Below, piece by piece: positions 47,986 to 60,383 of a stretch of 64,000 nucleotides of DNA. Made by a program: the position numbers and the translations under genes. The stretch is from positions 79,174,001-79,238,000 of the forward strand of contig CM068742.1 of the NCBI GenBank assembly GCA_035084275.1. Direction: 5' to 3'. Below the pieces are notes generated by a model. That model was not told the origin of the DNA. It saw only the letters and a program-made list of their open reading frames with translations, and made no database searches. The first letter of the stretch is position 1. Every line of letters starts with the position of its first letter. The DNA comes from Hydrolagus colliei. Lineage: Eukaryota.

Positions 47986-50212
47986 ACAACAACAACTTAA
48001 ACTTATAAAGCGCCTTTCACATCGGGAAGACGTCCCAAGGTGCTACACAGGAGGCGTGTGACCCGAGCTGGGAGGGGAATATTCGGGAAGGGGTGAAACA
48101 CGGAGGGGAGGTCAAAAAATTCGGGGGCGGAAACAAAAGGCACGGTCAAAGAGGAAAGTCTTTAAACCGGCCTTGAAAGAGGAAAGGGAAGAAACAAGGT
48201 GGAGGGATTGGGGGATGGAATTCCACAGGATGGGAGCAGAGAAACTGAAGGCCCGGCCTCCTATGGTGGGGCGGTTCGGGCTGAGGGCTTCGAGCAGGCC
48301 AATTCCTGCTGAACGGAGGGTTCGGGTGGGCTTATAGGGGGAGAGTAAATCAGTTAAATAGGGCGGGGCAAGGCCGTGTAAGGCCTTGAAGGTTAGGACG
48401 AGGATCTTTAACTCGATCCTCTTGAGGATGGGGAGCCAGTGGAGACGGGCAAGGGTGGGGGTTATATGGTCGTGGAGGCGGGTGCGGGATAATACATGGG
48501 CTGCAGAGTTTTGGATGACCTGCAGCCTGTGAATAGAGGAGCTGGGGAGGCCGACGAGGAGAAAGTTTCCTTAGTCCAGCCGTGAGGTGATGTACGCGTG
48601 CACGAGTGTTTCGGGAGCATGCGGGGTGAGATAGTTGCGGAGCCTGGCAATGTTGCGTAGGTGGAAATAAGCGGTGCTGGTCAAGGCACGGATGTGGGGG
48701 AGGAAGGAGAGTTTATGGTCGAACGTGATTCCAAGGTTCCTGATTGGCTTTGTGAGGTGGAGCGTACAGCCTTGGAAGTTGAGGCTGGCAGCGCCCGATG
48801 TGCGGAGGTGCTGGCTTGAGCCAATCAGGAGGGCCTCGGTCTTGCTCACGTTCAATTGGAGAAAGTTGTCACTCGTCCAGGGCTCAATGTCGGACAGACA
48901 TGCTGTCAGAACATCGATGGTCTGGGGGTTGAGGGATGAGGCAGAAAGATACAGCTGGGTGTCGTCCGCATACATGTGGAAATTTGCCCCATGTTTGCGG
49001 ATGACATCGCCCAGAGGGAGCGTGTAAATGGTGAAACAGAGGGGGCCGAGGACAGAGCCCTGAGGGACGCCGTGAGAAACTGTGCGGGGGTTTGAGGAGA
49101 AACCGTTGGAAGATACAAAATGTAGGCAATGGGTCAGGTAGGAATGGAACCAGTCAAGGACTGTGCCTTTAAGGTTGAGGTGGGAGGAAGGACGTTGGAG
49201 GAGGATGGTGTGATCGACTGTGTCGAATGCAGCAGACAGGTCAAGGAGGACGAGGAGGCAGAGGGAGCCCTGGTCGCAGGCGGTTAGGATGTCGTTTGTA
49301 ACCATAACGAGGGCAGTTTCCGTGCTGTGAGCAGGGCGGAAACCTGATTGGAGGGGTTCAAGGAGTGAGTGAGGTGAGAGGAAAGAGCAGAGCTGGGAGG
49401 CAACCACTCTGTCATGGACCTTAGATAAAAACGGGAGGTTGGAGATGGGTCGGTAGCTTGATGGCTGCGACGCATCAAGGGAGGGTTTTTTCAGGATAGG
49501 GGTGATGGTGGCTGTTTTAAGGGAGGTAGGGATGGTGCTTGAGGAGAGGGAAAGGTTGATGGTGTCAGAAATGAGCGGGGCCAAAAGGTGGAGCTGGGTG
49601 TGGAGGAGTGGGGTGGTGATGGGGTCCAATGAACACGTGGTGGGTTTCATGGAGGTGATTATTTTTGTGACTGAAGACGGGGAGGTGGGGATGAAAGTAT
49701 GAAAGGGGGGGGGGTGGGTGGGGGTTGAAATAACGGATGGAGGGGCGGAGGTGGAGGAGAGGTGGGGGGAGGAAACCACAGAACGGATTCTCTCTATTTT
49801 GGACTCCAGGAAGTCCAACGTCTCCTAACAACGTTCGTTTGAAGAGAGGATCTGCGAAGCGAGACGGTGGGGGCGGAGGAACTGGTTGGTGGTGGCAAAG
49901 AGGAGGCGGTGGTTGTCCTTCGCTTCCAGGATTATCCTGGAGTAGAAGGCTAATTTGGCGGTGGCTAGGGCGGAGCGGTAAAATTTGATGCGGTCCAGCC
50001 AGATTTGCCGGTGGACCGTGAGGCCAGATTTGAGCCAGGTGCGTTCAGCTGCTCTCACTTGGCTTTTGAGGGAATGGAGGTGAGTTGTGTACCACGGTGA
50101 TGATCGGGAGTGGGAGACGGTTCTGGAGGTGAGGGGGGCCAGGGTGTCGAGGGTAGTGGAGAGGGTGTTATGGAGGGTGGTGGAGGCGGAGGATGGGTCG
50201 GTACAGGAAAAA
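47986..50212 (-). mobile_element. L2 LINE, 5' truncated, with full reverse-transcriptase domain (pseudogenized)
   Basis: ORF 48571-49818: YRPISNLPFLSK, QSGFRPAHSTETAL, LLDLSAAFDTVDH, GVPQGSVLGP, YADDTQLY. Nonsense codon at 48571-48573, frameshifts upstream, (TGT)n tail. Confidence 0.95.
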
Positions 50213-51894
50213 TGCCACAGGCATCAAATGACCAGCTACACCCTGTCTTCCTTTCGGATGAGGTACATGGTGTCGCCTTGTAGCTGAATTGGCTATGGTG
50301 ATATGCTTGGCCATGGAATGTTAGAATTGAACCCACCCTCTATGGTGGTGTCATTCAGTACTCCAGTTCCTGAGTCAAATGGATCCATAGTTTTCCAGGA
50401 CACTGCTAATGAACAGTGCAGCCAGCCTGGCTCATTAGCAGAACTTGAAAGGGCAGACCAGTCACTGGAGGTAGGGAGTCATCCCACTCAGCTCCCATTA
50501 AGACTGCAAGGACAAGCAGCTGGAAAGCTTGCCACACAGTTCTCAATGGCAAGCTGTGCGATTTTAACTGGTTATCCATGGGAATCCCAATACACACTCT
50601 GGGGTCCCCAAGCCAACCTCTACTGAATACTTTCCAGAACTAGAAAAGCAGGGTGCATCCCCCCAGAGAGAGAGTGTGCATTCCATCCAATAAACATCTC
50701 TGGAATTTTCATTTGTAGGCAAAGTGGATGGATCTCTGTTTGGATAATCTTAACGTTCCTCCCAACATGAAAGGCACTATACAAATGTAATTTGGTTGTT
50801 GTTAAGCACGGTGATAGATTTTCACATGTGTTAGGAACATGGCTAACCCCACAAAAGCATGAGACTACAGACAGTAAATATCATTAAGAGTAGGGCATAC
50901 AGTGGGCAGATATTGTGGCTTTCAAGTCGTTTAAGTGCACTTTCAATTATTGAACACTGCAAAATATAATCTGGAACCAGGAAAAAAAACTCTCCCTGCC
51001 TAAGGCTCACAAAACAGAATGGCCTCTTTCTATTCTGTGGCTTCTTTGGTTTTGCGTAAAGAAAGTAACTCAGCAACTGTAATCCAAGGGCACCTTCTGA
51101 ATTAAAAGTATTTTCAATTCTCCTGAACAGACAAAGATGAGACTTAACAGTTGTGTGAAATTCAATCTTGGGAAAAGAAAAGATCTGAAAAGGGAAGAAA
51201 CTTAGCTTTTGGAAAAATAAATCGAGCTGCTGCTCAAAAGATGGTGTTTAAGAGGAAAGAGAGAATAAAAGTATAGCTAAGTAGAAAAGAAACGAAGGCA
51301 GAATGGAAATGCAAAAAATATATATACTGATCACTAAAGAGGAAAAAATAATCTAAGATAAAAAATATATTTAGTCTCTACTTAGAATTCTATATCTCTG
51401 GAATGCTTTGAATTTCTGATGGATTATGTGACTTTGTGAGTGACTGAATTAACAGTTTGTGAATCTCCAGGGATTGTGTTCCAATCATTGCTTGGGGGTG
51501 TTAATTAAATTCAATGGAAGCTATTTGCAAGTGAAGAAAAAGTAATTCCATCCTTCGGAAATCATTTTCTCAGAAAACAGCAACAACAAAAGTGAATTTG
51601 TTTTTCTTTCATATTACATTTTTCTGCAGTGCTAAAAAAAAATCTTGTTGCCTTATGCTCATACACCTGCCCTAGTTGGATAGGTCCATTGACATTAATT
51701 CCAGGGGAACAATTGACACAGTGAAATTTCATTGAAGACATCAAATGTCACAGGTTGCTGTTTAATGTGAGGTTTTGGATAAAGTGTAGGCACAGATATA
51801 ACAATAATCCTTACAATTGGTATAATGCTTTTCAAGTTGGGAAAATGTTCCAAAGTGCTTCACAGGATGTACTATGAAGCACTTACTCCACACT

Positions 51895-52030
51895 TTATGC
51901 AATTGGCTGCCACGTTTCGCCCACAAATATACAGTCAATTCACTTTACAGTATATTCTTTGAAGTGTTTTGAGACATCTAGAAAATGTGATAAGGTGCTA
52001 TATCAAATGCAAAGATTATTATTATTACTG
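51895..52030 (+). mobile_element. SINE 3' half
   Basis: AATTGGCTGCCACGTTTCGCCCACAAATATACAGTC...(ATT)n. Confidence 0.75.
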
Positions 52031-52223
52031 TAAAGTGCAGTGACTGTGTTTTGAGAACGAATGTAGCAGGCAATTTGAAGACAGCAATTTCCTACAATAT
52101 ATCTTAAACTGATCTCCTGGAATACAGCTCTGGTGATGTGTCCATTTCTGATTTCTGTGACATTATGTTGTGGCCAAATGAAGTTCCTGTAGGCAGCAGG
52201 AACAAAGATATAGCACAGCTTGT

Positions 52224-52340
52224 AATAATAATAATAATCCTTGCATTTGATATAGCGCTTTTCACATCCTTTCGACGTCTTAAAGCGCTTCACAGAATAT
52301 AGTGTAAAGTGAACTGACTGTATATTTGTGGGCAAAACGA
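52224..52340 (-). mobile_element. SINE tail fragment
   Basis: (AAT)nCCTTGCATTTGATATAGCGCTTTTCAC...AAAGCGCTTCACAG. Confidence 0.75.
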
Positions 52341-52808
52341 TTCATCAACATATGTAAATGTATAGGTGTGGACTGAGTTATCAGCAAAGAGGCCTGGTAT
52401 GTGCTGGAATTGGTGTCAACTGCACTCAGTTGATACTCCTCTCAACTCAGATTCAGAAGGTGATGGATTCAAGCCCCACAATGAGACTTGTTCGCCTATA
52501 ATAAATACCTTGTCACAACATTTCACAGTAAATGCTGTGAAGCGCTGTGAGATGTCTTCCTGATGTGAAAGGTGCTATATCAAATGTAAGGATTATTATT
52601 AATAACAACATATCATAGACAGTGGGAAGTAATGGTCTCAGCTACCTTTGTTGAGGAGGAAGAAAAAAATCATTCAGGGATCCTGCTGCTAGGAAATGGA
52701 TGTCTGCATGGAAAGGATATTAGTGTCCTCTTGATTGTGATAATATAATAAAAGAACATACCGGCAGATTATGGAAACTTGTTAGAAAATGGTGACAATA
52801 GGAGATTT

Positions 52809-53128
52809 GCAGTCCTGAAGCTCAGTGGTTGGAGCACTTGCCTCGCAAGTGAGAGACCTTGATTTGATTCCCAGTAAGGTGAAACCTTGGGCAAGTTTCC
52901 TTACTCCACATAGCTGATAATAATCCCTCAAAAATAAAAAAATTAATAAATTGATTGCTTTAATTCACAATTGTTCATGCAAAACTGCTGTGTGCACCTT
53001 CGGCTTCTGTGTTTTGCCCACAAAGTATATGCAGTCAATTCACTTTACAGTATATTCTGTGAAGTATTTTGCGATGTGAAGAAGATGTGAAAAGCGCTAT
53101 CGCAAATGCAAGGATTGTTCTTATTATT
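52809..53128 (+). mobile_element. tRNA-derived SINE, short subfamily
   Basis: Head AGTCCTGAAGCTCAGTGGTT through the tail. Confidence 0.85.
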
Positions 53129-53224
53129 TTAATTGAAATTGTGGGAAAAATAGCAAAACCGATAGAAAAGCAATGCATTTCTTGAATACATGTAGAATAG
53201 TACAGTATTCTGAAGCAGCAGCGT

Positions 53225-53360
53225 GTCATTACTGATGAGGGAACAGAATGCATTTGACTTAGTTATGAGTAACGAGCCAGAAATAGCTAGCAATCTGGTA
53301 ATAAGGTTGTGTCTTGGGAATAGTGACCATGACGTGATTAAATTCGGTTTCAGGCTTGAG
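53225..53360 (+). mobile_element. CR1 endonuclease-end fragment
   Basis: REQNAFDLVMSNEP...LGNSDHDVIKF (APE-endonuclease SDH motif). Confidence 0.6.
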
Positions 53361-53542
53361 AGTGAAAAGAATCATATGTTCCAGTCAAGCCTGCTTGACT
53401 CACTATGCTCTTGCATTAAACAGCTCAAAGTGAGTGACAGAAAGTGCTTTAAAAGAGTTTGGGTTTGTGACTTTGCAAATTCATTTTTCTACTGTGATGT
53501 AGATGAATGTGCACACCAACCCTCCCATCTCACATCATAAAA

Positions 53543-53870
53543 CAGCCTGGCTCAGTTAGTGTCACTTTCGCTTCTGAGTCAGTAGAGTGTGGGTTCAAGC
53601 CCACATTTGGACTTGGAATTCTTACGTCTAAGCTGACACTCAGGTGTGCTGCTGGGGTTGTACTGTGTTGTTGGAGGTGACGCCCTTCTGATGAGATATT
53701 AAACCAAGACCTTGTCTGCCTCTTCATGTGGACTGAAAGATCCCATTGCACTATTCAAAAAGAGAAGAATGTTTTCCTAGTGTCCTGAGCAACGATCCCC
53801 CAGTTCAAATTTGTCATTGACCTTACGGCTGCTTGTGGGACATCGCTGTAAACAAATTGACTGCCATGTG
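53543..53870 (+). mobile_element. DeuSINE/SacSINE1-like SINE
   Basis: CAGCCTGGCTCAGTT...TCTGAGTCAG...GGGTTCAAGCCCAC; GATGAGATATTAAACCAAGACC...AAAGATCCCATTGCACTATT. Confidence 0.75.
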
Positions 53871-53916
53871 GCTTATGGTTGGAGTAGTGGATTGTTGACT
53901 TAGTCCCACTATTAAT

Positions 53917-55084
53917 TAAGGTCCGGCGATATATCGCTAAAACCCGATATAATTTTCACATCGATACACCGATATAGGCATTTCAAAAATATCGATATAC
54001 TGGAAAATCGATATATCGAGGTAAAAAATCGGAATGCATGCACACTGAACTACAAGACCCAGAATGCTCATCTCTATACACAATGCACAGACCAAGGTGC
54101 AAAGCTGCCATATTGTATTCATAGTCCTCAAATACAATATACAGGTATGCAAGGGGTGGGGGGGGAAGAGACGGCTGGGGGGAGGGTGAGGGGGAGAGAG
54201 ACGACTGGTGGGGGGGGGTGAGTGGGAGAGAGACAGCTGGGGCGTGGTGGGGGGGAGAGAGATGGGTGGGGGGAAGAGAAACGGCTGGGGGGGGGGTTGG
54301 CCAAGGGGTGGGGGGGGAAGAGACGGCTGGGGGGAGGGTGAGGGGGAGAGAGACGGCTGGGGGGTGGTGGGGGGGAGAGAGATGGGTGGGGGGAAGAGAA
54401 ACGGCTGGGGGGGGGTTGGTGGGGAGAGAGAGTCGGCGGTGGTGTGTGTGGGGGGGAGAGAGAAACGGCGGGGGGGGAGGGGCAAATAAATGGCTGGGGG
54501 GTGGTGGTGGGGGGAGAGAGAGACGGCGGTGGGGGAGGGGGAAAGAGACGGCTGGGGGGCGAGAGAGACGGCGGGGGGGGGGGGAAGGAGAGGGAGATGG
54601 CTGTGGGGGAGGGGGAAAGAGATGGCTGGGGGGCGAGAGAGACGGCGGGGGGGGGGGAAGGAGAGGGAGATGGCTGTGGGGGAGGGGGAAAGAGACGGCT
54701 GGGGGGCGAGAGAGACGGCGGGGGGGGGGAAGGAGAGGGAGATGGCTGTGGGGGGTGTGGAGGGAGAGGGACAGTGGGGGGGAGGGGTGGGGGGGAGAGA
54801 CGGGGTGGATGTGATAATATACAGATAGATAGAGATGGGAGGGATGTGAGAGAGACACAGAGACACCGACAGACAAACACAGAGATGGAGAGAGTGAGAG
54901 ACACAGAGAAATAAAGATATTTACCTCCCGAGGAGATAGGCCCCGAATGCGCACGCACCCCGAATGCGTGCGCAGCGCGTGCATGCGCAGTACAAAAACC
55001 CCGGAAATATCGATATTTCGGTATATCTCGATATGAGCCCGTTGATATATCTAAATCAGAACATTTCCATATCGACGGACCCTA
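53917..55084. mobile_element. Non-autonomous hAT (Ac-like) element with G-rich minisatellite interior
   Basis: TIRs TAAGGTCCGGCGATAT / ATATCGACGGACCCTA (14/16); 8-bp TSD CTATTAAT (53909-53916) / CTATTATT (55085-55092); subterminal CGATAT/ATATCG repeats. Confidence 0.88.
54152..54808 (+). repeat. G-rich compound minisatellite (GAGACGGCTGGGGGG-based)
   Basis: Repeated GAGAGACGGC(T)G(n) units with runs of 5-12 G, arranged in higher-order blocks. Confidence 0.9.
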
Positions 55085-55339
55085 CTATTATTACTTGCAT
55101 TTGATTTAGCATCTTATCACTTTGTCGAGACATCCCAAAGCACTTCACACGATTTAGATAAAGTGGATTGACTGTATATTTTGTGGTACACCAGTGTTGT
55201 GGATTGAGAATCACATTATCGATGCATGTATCCATGAGCTCTAAGGTGATTTAGCAGCATGTAACCAACTAATCTGGACCAGCATGGTGCTCTCTTGGTC
55301 TGTTAACGGTATGCAGTTGTGGTAATGTACATAAGGTGT

Positions 55340-55630
55340 TAATTGGTCTCAATCTTGGTATTGAGTCAGATGTTTTGGTAGGTTCAAACCTCCCATCAAG
55401 ACTATGAAATTATAGCCTAGGCTGACATTACAGTGTAGTTCTGGATTGTTGGAGGTGTCATCCTTTGGCTAAGATGCTAAACCAAGTCTGTCCTATTCCT
55501 CTTAAAGAACCCATGATGCGATTTGAAACTAAAGATTCTCCCAATGTCCCAGTCAACAATCTCTCAAACAAAATTGGTCACTTACTCCATGGCTGTCTTT
55601 GGACACTGCTGTGCATCAAAGGGTTGCTTA
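55340..55630 (+). mobile_element. Old DeuSINE-like SINE
   Basis: TGAGTCAGA..GGTTCAAACC, GCTGACA, TAAACCAAG, TTAAAGAACCCATG, GGACACTGCTGTGC. Confidence 0.55.
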
Positions 55631-56844
55631 TATCATTAACTATTATAAATTACTATAATAAACATTAGTTTATATAACAAAAACATTAGCTTATATAATT
55701 TGTTTGAAGGAGGGTTGGTTAATTCCAATGCAGGAGTTTAAAATGGTATCTGAATAAAGATCACCCAATTTAAAAGAATCATTCTGAATGCTCCTTTCTA
55801 TATCCAGATGGTGGTTACACTTCAGCCTTTGGCTCATATACCATAAAAAGCAATGACAAAGCCCAGAAAATGACCAATATAACAGTAAGATTGATCATAA
55901 TAACATTATTTGTTCACGTATTATATCCTAACCAGCCCTGAGGGTCTCATTAATGAACAGAGTGAATGAGCAACTCAGCTCTGGTATGCACTGTAATGTC
56001 TTTCAAACCAATATCATTGCTATTTTACACCATATGTGAATGAGAGCGGTATTAGGTAATTCCACCAAACATATTATTTCAGTGTAAAGGCATGAAATAT
56101 TATTAGTGACATTGTTGAAGGCTGAACAGTGTTTCCTGAAGCTTCTCCCCTTCGTTGCCCAGCGTTCTACTTCTATGTACTCAAGTAATTAAATGCAGAA
56201 ATAAATAAATGCTGCAATACACACCAGCATTCCCCTCATCAAATAAAGGTGGTGAGAGACAATTTAAGATGTCATAAAATATTAACGTATTATTTTTTTT
56301 GCTCATGTAGTTGCAGTTCTTGGTTGCCTAGTACAATGGAAAACAATGGCTTGATCTGCCCGTGGTACAATTTTCTGATCCCAAATACACTTTAGGCTCT
56401 GCATTATTATCACCCTAGACTGGTGCAAGGAAAGTGGAGCAGAGACATGCAAATTCACTTATCTGATTTTGGGTCAGTTTTAATTTGAATAGAAAGTACT
56501 GTGTCAATTTGGCTGATCTTTGATTCAGAAAATTATGTACATGTCCTCCTGCCATGAAAGGTGTTCTATAAATGTATTTTTGGTGTTGCTGTTGTTGTTA
56601 TATTCTTCAACATTCCAGTGAAGTAATTCAGATGGAAGATCCCATAGCAGTACTCTATATTGGAGAGAATTTCTCTTGATGTCCTCGCAAAGTAATTCAC
56701 AGATTAATGGTCATTCGCTTATTTGTGGAAATTTGTTGACGCATTTGCCCGTAAAATTTGTTGCAACAACAATAATAACGATTTACTTTTCTACAGAATC
56801 TTTCACATTAGGAGGCTGTCTTAAGGTGCATGTATGTCAATCTG

Positions 56845-57105
56845 TCCAAGTGGTAGTACTCTCGCCCCTGAGTCAGAAAGCTATTGGTTCAAGCCCCATA
56901 TTGGGACAGAAACTCACATAGCCTAAAATGGCACTCCAAAATCCATGAATGGGTAGTCCTGGTGGTACATTTTGGAGATACAGTTCATCAGATGGAACAT
57001 TAAAACGGAGGACACATGCACTTGTTCAGGTGGACATTAAACATCTCACAGTACTTTATAGAGAGAGAATAGAATATCTCCCGGTGTCCTGGCCAACAAT
57101 CCCCA
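56845..57105 (+). mobile_element. DeuSINE-like SINE, 3' end cut by a younger SINE
   Basis: GGTAGTACTCTCGCCCCTGAGTCAGAA..GGTTCAAGCCCCA; CTCCCGGTGTCCTGGCCAAC. Confidence 0.65.
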
Positions 57106-57110
57106 CCCCC

Positions 57111-57487
57111 TACTGCAGCTCCGTGGTTAGAGCACTCGCCTCATAAGCGACAGATCTGGGTTTGATTCCCAACAGGGCAAAATGTTGGGCAAGTTTCCTT
57201 ACTCCACAACCCTCTGTTTACTTAGCAGTAAGTGCAATACGTAACAAATATGTTAGTCGATTGGCTGATCGCTTTTCTGGGGTAATAATTCTTTCAAAAA
57301 GTGACAATAATTAATTGGTCATTTCCATCCACGACTGTTTCTGGAACACTGTTGTGCGCAATTGACTGCTGTATGTCACCCACAAAATATACATTCAATT
57401 CACTCTGCTATTTGTTCTGTGAAGTGCTTTGAGACGAGTCAATGATGTGATATGGTGCTATATCAAATGCAAAGATTATTATTATTA
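57111..57487 (+). mobile_element. tRNA-derived SINE, long subfamily
   Basis: Full-length copy with internal block and (ATT)n tail. Confidence 0.85.
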
Positions 57488-59684
57488 GCCTTTAGCACTA
57501 AATGTTGCGACTGTGATGCTGTTAATAGGAGCTTCCCAACATAAATGTACAGTGGGGTCTGAATTGTGGTGATTCCTAAGAGGAGTTTTTAGTAACTACT
57601 AAAGTGGTTTGAATTGGACAGGAATTCCCATGGCATACCTTAGATTACCAGACAAAATAACTATTTACAACTTGGAGATGTTATCAAAGTATCACAAGGA
57701 TTAATTTGTCCCAGTACAACACAGGAAATTTAGAGGCACCTGTTAAACACATAACCTTCCGACTCAGAAATGAGAGCCCTTCCAAATGAACCATCTTATT
57801 ATACTCAGGAACGGACTTGTTAGTCCAAACGGCCTTTACATTCTATGCTTTATTATGTTCTTGACACAGACAGAGTAGCTCACATTGTGATATAGGATGG
57901 AGCTGAGACCCATCATCACTAAAGAAGCACCTTCTTCCTTTTGACTGAATCACACATTTATCATCTTCTCATCCATTTCCTGATCTGAGAGCATGATGGA
58001 TGATCTGTACAATAAAATATTTATCTGCATGTCCATCCATCAGCAACCTAATACTTTGACATAACCTCAGGGCATAGTCTGAGGATGTGTTATAGTCTGG
58101 GGATGTGTCACGGTATCAAAATGGATTTGGCTGAAATCTATACCATCCTGTCTTTGTTGCTTACCAGGGTTTCTAATTCAATTCAGTTAGTCTTGAAAAC
58201 ATAGAGTATAAAATCAGCCATAATACAGGTTTGCTGTTTATCCTAGCTGCTTATAGTTCAGATAAAGCACAACAATGGATAATTTCCATGTGTATTGAGC
58301 GCAAGAAGAGTTAATGACCAGCTCCCTATACAAAAATCATGCATTTCTGGTTTGGTTTTATGAAGGCTCTCTCAGGGTTTGATTTTAAAAGTCCCATCAG
58401 TGGCAAGGAGTATGTGATAGTTTAACTACTTGTTTTTTATCTGAACCAAGATAACCGATCCAAGGAGGAGTTGGACTGAAGTTAATTTCATTCCTGCAGT
58501 GAGATTATAAAAATATATACAAATAAAACAAATTAGTGATGAAACTGAAACAAAAATAAAAGGACACTGTGTGTGTGTGTGTATATACATATGATTCATA
58601 TGGGTTTGACGTTATTTCCATGAGTCTTTAACACTGTATGGAAGACAGAATTTATACAGATACTTTTCTGAGAAATTCCATGCCAGAATCAAGTGTTTGT
58701 CCTGATTTCACTGAAACACAAATTCGTCCCCTTCAAGAGGAGCATATCCTCCCACTTTAGCTGGGAATAACTCATGTCCATTAGTGACATTTATTCCATT
58801 CACTTCAAACGGGAGTTAAATTTCTGTTCTACCTTATCAATCCCTGCTCTTGAACACATGGAGCTGCATTCTTGGGGGAATCATTCATTTTAATTTCTCA
58901 GAAAGAACAAGATAAATTGCAGAGTTTTAATGGAATGACGGACTCGTCTGCATTACCTTCTTCCTGACTGTTTGTTAGAGAGCACATTCTTGATGCTCTC
59001 AAGTGTCTGGTTCTGCTAAGTTAGGTTAAAGTAAGTTAAAGTGCGCTGAGGAAGAATAGAATGAAGGCATTCAAAGTTAACATTGCATAAAGGTAAGTAA
59101 AATGCTAAAAGCCTTCAATTTTCAAAGAAATTAGCACAGGATAGCCACAGCATGGGGCATTTTTAGCCATTGACAAAATAAGGAGAATAGTTTCTCAGAC
59201 AAGATTAGTCTAAGATACAATGGGAGACATAGAATGCATACACTGTCCATTTTGTGCATGACCTGAATAGATTTGCTTTGTAAAAATATCTTACAATTGG
59301 CTTAGTTTCATTTGTCTCGTAAGGAATTGGACCAATACAAAAAGAAGTAAGACGCACCACTAATTTTCTCTTGCTTTGACTTTTGTAAAGTGCGGTCACT
59401 CTCCATTTTCAATGTTTATGTGTTTGCAGATGTGTGCACTGAAGTAAGAGATATTAAGTGCCTTCAATTCAACACCTTGGGGCCTGATGGTATCTGTGCT
59501 GTTGAAGGGTGGGCAAAGGTGTGGTGCTGTTCTGTGGAGTGTAACGGGCTGTGGGATTTTCACAGTTGAAAGTGAGGCCACCGCTTGACCCGAGGCCCTA
59601 TCTCGGATTATGAAATAAGAATTTCTGGGGCATAAAGAGCATGAATTTCACTGCATTTTTCAAGATCGTAAGAATAGTGGTTGA

Positions 59685-59960
59685 AGTGGTTAGAGCACTC
59701 GCCTTACAAGCGAGAGACCTGGGTTTGATTCCAGGTAGGGTGAAACCTTGGGCAAGTTTCCTTACTTCACATGCCTAATAATAATCCCTCAAGAAATTAA
59801 AATGGGTCATTTCAATCCACAACTGTTAGTGGGAAACTGCTGTGTGCAATTGGCTGCCACTTTTTGCCCACAAAATATACAGTCAATTTATTTTACATTC
59901 TGTGAAGCTCTTTGAGTAGAATGCATGAAAAGCGGTATATCAAATGTAAGGATTATTATT
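59685..59960 (+). mobile_element. tRNA-derived SINE, short subfamily
   Basis: AGTGGTTAGAGCACTCGCC...CACATGCCT|AATAATAATCCC junction. Confidence 0.85.
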
Positions 59961-60130
59961 AAATATTACTTTGGATGAAAAACCATTTTGCCAATCGGAT
60001 ATCACCGTCCGCAACACCCATCCTAGCATCCTTCTACCACAACGATTTTCAGTTTTGAGAGAAGAAGCCCCAGGAGTGCCTATCGAGTTGTAGACAATTT
60101 AAAATGGGATTGAAAAAATAAACCCAGAGA

Positions 60131-60383
60131 ATAATAATAACAACCCTTGCAATTGATATAGTGCCTTATCACCCTTCAATATGTCACAAAATGCTTCACA
60201 GAATATACTGTAAATTGAATTGACTTGTATATCTTGTGGGTGAAATGCAGGACTCAGTGACCAAATTATTATTATTATTATTTGGAAGGAATTATTACCT
60301 TCAGTAAAGCAAACCACCAATTAACTAACAACCGGGTTCCTACTTACTACTAGATAAACAGAGATGTGTGGAGCAAGGAAACT
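60131..60383 (-). mobile_element. tRNA-derived SINE, long subfamily, truncated
   Basis: Tail and internal block in reverse orientation. Confidence 0.75.

Noticed and set aside
50228-50286. Stem CAGCTACA/TGTAGCTG enclosing TTTCGGATGAG as a possible ribozyme
   Set aside because: No correctly ordered CTGANGA/GAAA core on either strand; resembles a Deu-domain scrap or chance pairing.
53937-54984. Long Pro-rich and Gly-rich ORFs (up to 333 aa) in several frames
   Set aside because: By-product of a stop-poor G-rich minisatellite inside a hAT element.
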